DNA of 33,878 nucleotides, taken from assembly GCA_014728565.1 (NCBI GenBank), contig WJLK01000005.1:1-33878 (forward strand). The letters run 5' to 3'. This document shows, one piece after another, positions 15,141-22,433 of the stretch (within the stretch, counting starts at the first letter, position 1; each line of letters starts with the position of its first letter). Below the pieces are notes generated by a model. That model saw only the letters and a list, made by a program, of their open reading frames with translations, did not search any database and was not told the DNA's origin. Both the position numbers and the translations under genes were made by a program. The DNA is from Candidatus Pacearchaeota archaeon. Its GTDB lineage: Archaea; Nanobdellota; Nanobdellia; Pacearchaeales; GW2011-AR1.

Positions 15141-18100
15141 TTAGTAGAGAGGGTCATATGCCCTGATTGTTTTTTTCGAACCTTTGTTACCAAATTCATC
15201 CTCACACTGTATGTAGTATGTTCTTGTAACCCACTTAGCAGTGTGCTCTAGACCATCTGTCGTATACATCTCACTTGCATTATCAAACTTAAATGCTCTG
15301 TGAAAACCATATCTGCAGACTGATTCTTCCTCTGTCCTTATCATTAAACCTCCGTTATAATACATTCTACTAATCCCAGGACTTCCTGTATCAATTTTAA
15401 CACTAAATACACTTGAGGCTTTGGCTGTATTCCCTGCATCATCTTCACAAGTGAAAGTTAGATTGTACCTTCCTCTTGTTGCGCTTGTTATTTCATAGGA
15501 ATGAAATACATCATAGGTCTCTGTAAACATATCAGAATAACCATTTCCACTCCATCTACATGTTGCTACACCTCCCTGAGCTCCTCCTTCTGTTTTTAAT
15601 CTTAGGGTGACAGTAGTAGGTTCAACACCTGCAATAACCTCTTCACCATTGCCAGGTTTAACTTCAACTATTTTTAATTTATTTTTTGATGTTGACAATG
15701 TATAAACATAACTTTCTTGCATTGTGTTTTTATTTTCAGATATATCCTGGCATCTAAGATAAAATGTACTGTGATTGGTTATCCCTGTCAGAGTTGTATT
15801 ACATGGAAGTCCATAAGGAGTGTAATCTGCAGGGTCGTGTGAACAATCCATCTTATTTGTCATTTTTTCATATGCCTCATCTTCTAGTGACCATCTGCAA
15901 TTAGAAGGCTCATTAACATAAACTATTGCAGGAGTTTCTGTTACACCATACGGTATAAAAGCTTTGTTTAAAGGATCTGTAAGAATTATTCTTGGAGGAG
16001 TTAAATCAGGACCTCTTTTAACACAAGTTTCTATTACATAGTTTCCAGGATTGACAATTCCATCAGCAGTCCTGCATTTTACATAAAATTTTGTCTCTCC
16101 TAACTCATCTAATTCTGCCTCTGTCAAATTATAAGGATCTTTAAAGGCTTCTGGAGCAGGATAAAAATACATCATCCTGTGGGCAGGAAGTAAACTACTT
16201 CCCTTAACTCCGAAATAATCATTCATATTTTCGTATCTATCTGCAGGGTTGGTGCTATATTTGCATTTTGCAAATGGGTCAACTTTAATTCCAAATTTTA
16301 CAGGTGTATAAGCATCAATACAACCCTTATTTTTATCATCCACTATTTTAAATCCACTTCCAGTGACTTCATAGTAACTATAGTTTTCTGATATATAGCT
16401 ATAAAGAGGCATTATTTCAGGAGCTTTATTATTTTTAGGACGACTAACACACATCTCATTTCCAGTTCCTTTATTAATGTAGTTACATTTCTGGCCTAAA
16501 CTCTGACATCTATATTCTGTACAAGGAACCTCAAGATCTTCATTACACCTAATGCAGTCATCACCTCCAACAGGAGGTTCCCATGGATAACACGAGAAAT
16601 CAATATTTACTTTTACAATCCATCTTATTGCAAATATAAATGCGAGCATAGCTGCTACTAAGGATAGCATTATGCTTTCAGTTATTAGATAGATAAGCAT
16701 TCCTGCTATCATTGCTGCTAGATATTCAAAATGTTTGTTGGTTATCTCTTTATAAACTATTTGGGAACTTATGCTTGACATTGTTGTTGCAATTCCATTT
16801 GTGTACATAGAGAAATCAATAGGGCTTGCAGCTATTTCTCCCTGAGCCAATCCAGGTATATCCTCCTCATTAGGATCCTCATCCATTATTTTAAGTAATA
16901 GAGGAGAACCATATGCTCCTGATACCTGCAATAATTCTCTTTCAAAGGCACTTAAATTACCCTGAGGATCATATTCTCCTTCTGTTACCTCTTGAAGACT
17001 ACCTGGATTTAAAGTTTCAAAAAATTCAAAATTACCTGGTTCAGCAGGTTTCTGGTCTGGTGGAGCTGTTGCATATTTTGAAAATTCATTTAACTGAGTC
17101 TGTGTTAGTCTTGGAGGACCATTTGTTAAGTCAGGCTTAGAAGATTTTACTCCGTAACCTCCGTCAGTAGGAACACCTATGTAATTGATATAAGCACCAC
17201 AATCTCCCAGACTGACACAAAAATCATTCATCTCTCTGGTGAACTTTTCAGTATGGCAATCACAATTCTCCTTACATGAACATCCAAATATGCCGCAAAC
17301 CCATATCTCTGTGCATCGCATACTTGCAATACTGCAGACTTTTTCTGCAGAATTCATTACTTCCATTCCTTCTACAAGATTATACTCTCCTATTAGGTTG
17401 AATCCAGGAGGATACTCAGGAAGACATACTTTGAAGTGAAAACCTCCTCCCATCTCAATTTCCTTAAGCCAACAGTCAGGATGTTTTTCACATAAACTTT
17501 CAATTCTTTCAACACCCTCGGTATCTCCTTTTGAATTCAGAGCAAGACAAGCTCTCCAACCATTAACTCTGCATGCAGCTTGAGAAACTGTCTGTCCGCA
17601 GGTTAGTGTGGTATCCTGCTGTACACATATTTCATTTCTATAATCTGCACAAGGTTCTATTCTTTCAGTTCCCATATAACATATGTGTTTTACATGTCTG
17701 CTTCCAACAGGATCTTTTCCATCTCCAATTTTACCATCATATTCACACCATGATTCTCCATTTCTTCTTACTACTCCGTCAACCTCACAGTTAATGTTCT
17801 GACAGTTGTATTCCCCATCCTTTTTTCCACAATAGGTTCCCTGGAAAAAATTACAGTCTATAGCAACTCCTTCAGGATTATCACATGAATCAAACCAGTA
17901 AACATCCTCCTCATTCTCTAAACATCCTTTATGATCATGAGGCTTGCATGTTGTATTTAGTTCAGGATTAGAACAATAGTAACCTTTGAAAAAATGTTCA
18001 TTAAAATCACTTTTAGTTCTTGATGCACACTCCTCTGCTGTTATATACAGGCATTTTTTTTCACCTTCCTCTGTCTCATAGGTACATGCACCCATGTCCT

Positions 18101-18638
18101 CTTTTGAGACAGAGAGTAGGCATTCAATCTCAGTATTGTGAGCTTCATCTCTTCTCCATTCTGTTGGAACATCTTCGTTTTCAGTATTTCCAAGCCACTC
18201 ACAATTTTTTTCAGTTGTCCAGACTGCCTCATCTCCCATGATACAGCAACCTTTTTCACATTCTTTTATATTGCAGAATTGATCTTCCTTGAAGGTTCCT
18301 CCTAAATTTTCACAATTTCTGAAAGAAGACCTTACATTACATATTCCAGTCTCATCACTAATACAACACCCCATTCTGCAAAATTCTGTCAGTTCACAAA
18401 GAGTAGGTGCTATATCAAAATCCTGATTGCATTGCCATGCAGGAACATACTGGCATCTGCTTCCATTCTGAGTCTCTTCACAACAAACCTCTCCCATTGC
18501 TCCCTGCTGAGCATCAACACTCTCTATGTTTTTTGTTCCTTCATAGACAATATATGAAAAAGCAAAACTGCTTATAATCAAGATCATTATCTGTAGATAA
18601 CCGATGTTTGCTTTTTTGTTAATCATTTTTTTTATCAT
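15141..18638 (-). CDS. Giant cysteine-rich surface protein, fused modules C+D (~1165 aa)
   Basis: The track start at 18662 is a GTG overlapping the upstream gene. ATG at 18638 or 18626 (MINKKANIGYLQIMILIISSFAFSYIV) is more plausible. N-half resembles the 581-aa protein; a central hydrophobic pair follows (YLAAMIAGMLIYLI, MLSLVAAMLAFIFAI); C-half resembles 10256-12478. Confidence 0.75.
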   Translation of the reverse strand: MIKKMINKKANIGYLQIMILIISSFAFSYIVYEGTKNIESVDAQQGAMGEVCCEETQNGSRCQYVPAWQCNQDFDIAPTLCELTEFCRMGCCISDETGICNVRSSFRNCENLGGTFKEDQFCNIKECEKGCCIMGDEAVWTTEKNCEWLGNTENEDVPTEWRRDEAHNTEIECLLSVSKEDMGACTYETEEGEKKCLYITAEECASRTKSDFNEHFFKGYYCSNPELNTTCKPHDHKGCLENEEDVYWFDSCDNPEGVAIDCNFFQGTYCGKKDGEYNCQNINCEVDGVVRRNGESWCEYDGKIGDGKDPVGSRHVKHICYMGTERIEPCADYRNEICVQQDTTLTCGQTVSQAACRVNGWRACLALNSKGDTEGVERIESLCEKHPDCWLKEIEMGGGFHFKVCLPEYPPGFNLIGEYNLVEGMEVMNSAEKVCSIASMRCTEIWVCGIFGCSCKENCDCHTEKFTREMNDFCVSLGDCGAYINYIGVPTDGGYGVKSSKPDLTNGPPRLTQTQLNEFSKYATAPPDQKPAEPGNFEFFETLNPGSLQEVTEGEYDPQGNLSAFERELLQVSGAYGSPLLLKIMDEDPNEEDIPGLAQGEIAASPIDFSMYTNGIATTMSSISSQIVYKEITNKHFEYLAAMIAGMLIYLITESIMLSLVAAMLAFIFAIRWIVKVNIDFSCYPWEPPVGGDDCIRCNEDLEVPCTEYRCQSLGQKCNYINKGTGNEMCVSRPKNNKAPEIMPLYSYISENYSYYEVTGSGFKIVDDKNKGCIDAYTPVKFGIKVDPFAKCKYSTNPADRYENMNDYFGVKGSSLLPAHRMMYFYPAPEAFKDPYNLTEAELDELGETKFYVKCRTADGIVNPGNYVIETCVKRGPDLTPPRIILTDPLNKAFIPYGVTETPAIVYVNEPSNCRWSLEDEAYEKMTNKMDCSHDPADYTPYGLPCNTTLTGITNHSTFYLRCQDISENKNTMQESYVYTLSTSKNKLKIVEVKPGNGEEVIAGVEPTTVTLRLKTEGGAQGGVATCRWSGNGYSDMFTETYDVFHSYEITSATRGRYNLTFTCEDDAGNTAKASSVFSVKIDTGSPGISRMYYNGGLMIRTEEESVCRYGFHRAFKFDNASEMYTTDGLEHTAKWVTRTYYIQCEDEFGNKGSKKTIRAYDPLY

Positions 18639-18639
18639 T

Positions 18640-19500
18640 TTAAAGTCCTGGAGGTAATACACAGCTTCTTACAGCAAATGTGAATTTTTGACCACTCGCC
18701 CTTTCCTCAATAGTATAGAGAGTGTTTGAATCTCCAGTAATGAACCTCTTAATATCAAATTCATTATGAAGAACCATGTATCCAACAGCATTAAAATCAC
18801 AATATTTAGCTTCCTGGTTGACAATTTCCATTGCTATTTCAGCGAGATTATACATAGGATGAACAAGATTCATAGTAAATTTCTCAAACTCTTTTTTATC
18901 CTCTTCATTTTTCATACTGAAATATTTATCAATTTCAACTGAAACATGCCTTGATTGGATTCTTGCATTTATCTTTAAGTCATCTGGATTTTCAATTTCA
19001 TATTTTTGCTCTAGATTTTTCTGAAGTGCCTGAAAACATTCATATACCTTAGGATAGATATAATTTTCAATTTCTTTCTGTATATGCTCTATTAGTAAAG
19101 GTCTCTGATTTATACACTTTTTATATAATTGAGAATTATAGCATAGAAACGTTCTATCTATTCCCTTATAAAGAACACTTCCTCTTGGATGTATATCTCC
19201 ACCATGTTCAGATATAATTTCTATTGCCTCTTCTGTAGCATCTCTTGTGCATGATTCAATATAAGCCTGAGGATTTTCTTCATCATATGCCTCTGTTTCT
19301 GCAGGCCTTAAAAGCAAAAGGAATATTAAAATTAGAACTATTAGCATTAAACCAAGAACTACAAATATTGTTACCTGAGATTTTTTATTTATTTTAAGTT
19401 CTGGTTTTGATAAAACTTGTTTTAAAAAGTTTTCACTCTTTCCAGATTCTGGTTTTGATAAAACTTGTTTTAAAAAGTTTTCACTTATTTTATCATCCAT
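18640..19500 (-). CDS. Prepilin-like protein, family P1, with an unusual 36-codon repeat-containing N-terminal extension (286 aa)
   Basis: The class III motif INKKSQVTIFVVLGLMLIVL begins at residue 37. Upstream lies MDDKI(SENFLKQVLSKPE)SGK(SENFLKQVLSKPE)LK. ATG at 19500 overlaps the wHTH gene by 16 nt. Confidence 0.6.
   Translation of the reverse strand: MDDKISENFLKQVLSKPESGKSENFLKQVLSKPELKINKKSQVTIFVVLGLMLIVLILIFLLLLRPAETEAYDEENPQAYIESCTRDATEEAIEIISEHGGDIHPRGSVLYKGIDRTFLCYNSQLYKKCINQRPLLIEHIQKEIENYIYPKVYECFQALQKNLEQKYEIENPDDLKINARIQSRHVSVEIDKYFSMKNEEDKKEFEKFTMNLVHPMYNLAEIAMEIVNQEAKYCDFNAVGYMVLHNEFDIKRFITGDSNTLYTIEERASGQKFTFAVRSCVLPPGL
19399..19437. repeat. Copy 1 of a perfect 39-bp repeat (period 48 bp) containing the palindromic leader motif
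   Basis: ttctggttttgataaaacttgttttaaaaagttttcact, identical to 19447-19485. Palindromic core aaaacttgttttaaaaagtttt at 19412-19433. Confidence 0.9.
19447..19485. repeat. Copy 2 of the perfect 39-bp repeat
   Basis: Identical to 19399-19437. Palindromic core at 19460-19481. Abuts the stop codon of the wHTH gene (19485-19487). Confidence 0.9.
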
Positions 19501-19673
19501 AGATTTACCCCCTCTTTTTTTATTCTGATAATTTTTTCATCAAGTGCAAGCTCCATAAGATAGCTCTGGGCAGTGTTCCAGCTAACTCCTAGAGTCTTGG
19601 CTAATTCAGAACTAGTTATCACCCTCTTTTCCCCAAGATATTTTAATATCTTACTTATTAACTCTTTATTCAT
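19485..19673 (-). CDS. Small winged-helix-turn-helix DNA-binding protein (62 aa), first gene of the island
   Basis: ITSSELAKTLGVSWNTAQSYLMELALDEKIIRIKKEGVNLWMI has the helix-turn-helix plus beta-wing pattern of ArsR/TrmB/MarR-like wHTH domains. It overlaps the next gene. Confidence 0.6.
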   Translation of the reverse strand: MNKELISKILKYLGEKRVITSSELAKTLGVSWNTAQSYLMELALDEKIIRIKKEGVNLWMIK

Positions 19674-19834
19674 GAGTATTCCTATTAGTTTACCTTTGTA
19701 TTTTAATATTATTAAACATTAGTATTTTAATAACATTATACCTTTTATAATACTTTTTTATATACCTATTATTAAAAATAGGTTATTTATAAGGTTTATT
19801 TATATTATTTATACTATGAATATTAATAGGAATA

Positions 19835-19864
19835 TTTAAAGTTTTTGGTTGATAAAACTTTAAA
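19835..19864. promoter_or_regulatory. Perfect 11-bp inverted repeat TTTAAAGTTTT-N8-AAAACTTTAAA upstream of the wHTH gene
   Basis: Arms at 19835-19845 and 19854-19864, about 160-190 nt upstream of ATG 19673. Contains ttgataaaactt (19849-19860), a 12-mer also present in both 39-bp repeat copies. Confidence 0.4.
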
Positions 19865-19970
19865 GGAGAAGGTTTGAAGAAGTAAATTGATTTGAGTTTT
19901 TGTATTTAAGCCACCATCACATGAGGGTTATCACATATGGTTGCTAATCCTCAACTCATACCAACAATCC

Positions 19971-20702
19971 TCAATCCTCAGTCTCAACTCTGGGGGCAAG
20001 AACAAATCCAAGTTCAATGATTGGAGTATTAAAATCAAGTCTTAGGGGATAATCATTTGAAAAATTAATCCTTACTTTGTCTGTTATTTTTGTTGCTTTT
20101 ATAATCTTTTGCAGATATTCCAGGGAATATTTAGAATGTGCTTCTTCAGCCTGGATATTTATTTCATCACTTGAGAATTCTGAATTAAAGGAATTTAAAG
20201 AGCCTTTTGCTTTTATAACAAATTTATTAGGTTGAGATTCAAAAGAGCAACTGTCTGAAACAACCAGACAATCTTCTATAGCTTCAGCAAAATCCTGGGA
20301 GGTCATCTCAATTCTTGCTGTAAATTCTAAACTAGGTATCTCTTTTTCCTCTCCCTCAACCTCAATAAGAGATAGATTAAACTCTCTCCTGATTTTATCA
20401 ATTATCTCAATTTTAAGTTCATTCTCATTTTTTGATAGAACAAGTATGCTACCTGTTTTTAATCTTCTTAAAACAGCTTTAAGATTTTCTAAACTAACCC
20501 CCAGTGTTTCCTGCTTTTCTACTTTTATTTCTGAAAAAGCACTTGAAGGTAGTTTGAATGTGACCATTGCAACATTTGCAGGGTCAATCGCAGTTATATT
20601 CACCCCCTCATTACTAACTTTTAACCTAACCTCTAGAACAAGTTCAGAAATTATCGATATTATATCAGACAATATTTTAGGACGCTCTATTTTTAATAAC
20701 AT
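19971..20702 (-). CDS. pcn: DNA polymerase sliding clamp PCNA
   Basis: About 243 aa. LSLIEVEGEEKEIPSLEFTARIEMTSQDF (interdomain connector region) and SKYSLEYLQKIIKATKITDKVRINFSNDYPLRLDF...GFVLAPRVE match the archaeal PCNA pattern. The track start at 20717 is TTG; I prefer ATG 20702. Confidence 0.9.
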   Translation of the reverse strand: MLLKIERPKILSDIISIISELVLEVRLKVSNEGVNITAIDPANVAMVTFKLPSSAFSEIKVEKQETLGVSLENLKAVLRRLKTGSILVLSKNENELKIEIIDKIRREFNLSLIEVEGEEKEIPSLEFTARIEMTSQDFAEAIEDCLVVSDSCSFESQPNKFVIKAKGSLNSFNSEFSSDEINIQAEEAHSKYSLEYLQKIIKATKITDKVRINFSNDYPLRLDFNTPIIELGFVLAPRVETED

Positions 20703-20840
20703 TTTTAAGCATACCAATTAAATACTTGAATTAATTTTTAAAGATTGTTATATTATACTATAGTTTATTATATAAATTAATATTTGTTAAATTAAACTAA
20801 TATATTCAGGGCTGTTTATTTAAAAATAAGAGGCAGATTT

Positions 20841-22388
20841 ATGGGAAATTCTGAGGAAACAGGTTATAAAGAAAAAAGAATTAGGGGGATAACTCTGATA
20901 TATTACTCAAGAAACGATGTAAAGAAAGCTCTTTCTCAGTTTTCTAAAAATAGAGAATGTGTTCCAAATTATTTTCAGAGTTTTGGAAAAAGACCAGACA
21001 GTTTTCAGTATGAATCTGATATTGTTGAACAAGTAAGAAGAGGAGCAACATCTTTTCACTGTTCAGAAGAGTTATGGAGGGACCCTCTTGAAATATCAAC
21101 AGACCTCTCAAGGGATGAATTAGATAACATGAGATTAGGATGGGATCTTCTTCTGGATATTGACAGCAAATATATGGAATATAGCAAAACCTATACAAAG
21201 TTATTAATAGATGTATTAAATTTCTATGGAGTTGAAAATATAGGTATAAAATTTTCTGGATCCAAAGGATTCCATGTAATTATCCCCTGGAAGGCCTTTC
21301 CAGATGAACTTCATGGAATAAAAACCAAGAATATGTTTCCAGAATGGCCGAGAATTCTCTGCCAGTTTTTATCATCAATTATTCAACCAAAATTAGCAGA
21401 TAAACTTTTTAAAGAAGAATCAGTAAGAGATATTGCTAAAAAAACAGGGAGTAAGGAGGAGGACCTGATTTTCACCGAGTGCCTTTCATGTCACAGATCT
21501 GCAGTGAAAAAATACTTAGTGAATTGGACTTGTGAAAACTGCAGGAGGATAGGAGAGCTAACTAGAATAGAGAAAAATAAGAGAATTCCAAAATGTCCTG
21601 AATGCGGAAAACCTCTCATACAGAAATCAAAAAAGGAAATTTTTTTCTGTGAATTTTGCAATTTAGATTCTAATAAAAATCCTGAAATGTTTTCAAAAAC
21701 AAGAGAGAAAACAGAAAGTCTTATAGATGCAGATCTTGTTTTAGTAGCACCCAGACATTTATTTAGAATGCCTTATTCACTTCATGAAAAAACAGCTCTT
21801 GCATCAATTGTTATAGATAAGCAGGAAATTGAAAATTTTCAACTTACTGATGCAAGCCCTCTTAAAGTTCAAATAAAGAATTTTTATCCAGAGGCAAAAA
21901 AACATGAAGCAAAAAATCTATTGATAGAAGCTATTGAGTGGAATTATGAAAAGGAGAAAAAAGAAAAAGAGATAGATAATAAAAAAGAAAAATTTCCAAT
22001 AAAAATACCTCATAAAAAAATAATAATTCCAAATCCAAGCGAGGATATTTTTCCACCACAGATAAAACTCATACTTAGGGGAGTGAAACAAGACGGAAGA
22101 AAAAGAGCTCTTTTTATACTCTTAAGTTTTTTTAAATCACTAGGGATGAATGATAACGAGATTGAAAAAAAAGTAAATAACTGGAATGAAAAAAATTACA
22201 GGCCTCTAAAAAAAAACTATATTATCTCTCAACTGAACTGGTTTAGAAGAAATCCAAAAATACTTCCTCCTAACTTTGATAATCCTATTTATAAGGAATT
22301 AAATGTGGATAGACCTGATTCCTTATCTAAAAAAACAAAAAATCCTTTAAGTTATTCTATAAAAAAATATTTTTCAATGAGAAGATAG
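20841..22388 (+). CDS. priS: Archaeo-eukaryotic DNA primase, PriS catalytic domain fused to a PriL-like C-terminal helix bundle
   Basis: GWDLLLDIDS (DxD), GIKFSGSKGFHVIIPW (SGxxGxH), RMPYSLHEKT, and two CxxC...CxxC zinc knuckles. The C-terminal FPPQIKLILRGVKQDGRKRALFILLSFFKSLGMNDNEI resembles the PriL PPC[IM] helix-bundle motif. Confidence 0.85.
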   Translation: MGNSEETGYKEKRIRGITLIYYSRNDVKKALSQFSKNRECVPNYFQSFGKRPDSFQYESDIVEQVRRGATSFHCSEELWRDPLEISTDLSRDELDNMRLGWDLLLDIDSKYMEYSKTYTKLLIDVLNFYGVENIGIKFSGSKGFHVIIPWKAFPDELHGIKTKNMFPEWPRILCQFLSSIIQPKLADKLFKEESVRDIAKKTGSKEEDLIFTECLSCHRSAVKKYLVNWTCENCRRIGELTRIEKNKRIPKCPECGKPLIQKSKKEIFFCEFCNLDSNKNPEMFSKTREKTESLIDADLVLVAPRHLFRMPYSLHEKTALASIVIDKQEIENFQLTDASPLKVQIKNFYPEAKKHEAKNLLIEAIEWNYEKEKKEKEIDNKKEKFPIKIPHKKIIIPNPSEDIFPPQIKLILRGVKQDGRKRALFILLSFFKSLGMNDNEIEKKVNNWNEKNYRPLKKNYIISQLNWFRRNPKILPPNFDNPIYKELNVDRPDSLSKKTKNPLSYSIKKYFSMRR

Positions 22389-22433
22389 TGTTTCATAAAT
22401 AAATTTAAATACCTAAGTTACATTAGTTTATTT

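Noticed and set aside
18639-18662. Track start codons that extend ORFs into upstream genes or unlikely N-termini (GTG at 18662, TTG at 20717, TTG at 33523, ATG at 12547 and 7191)
   Set aside because: Downstream ATGs at 18638/18626, 20702, 33460, 12478 and 7146 give canonical signal peptides or family-typical N-termini and remove the overlaps. The longer forms add implausible leader sequence.
2224-19673. Diversity-generating retroelement targeting the surface proteins
   Set aside because: There is no reverse transcriptase ORF in the window, and I saw no ~100-bp template/variable repeat pair. The repeats found are short and perfect, not A-mutated.
19935-19985. Three GAGGATT copies (minus strand) around the PCNA stop codon
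   Set aside because: The copies are short, partly coding (…ETED*), and have no obvious secondary structure. They are most simply chance or a 3' UTR feature.
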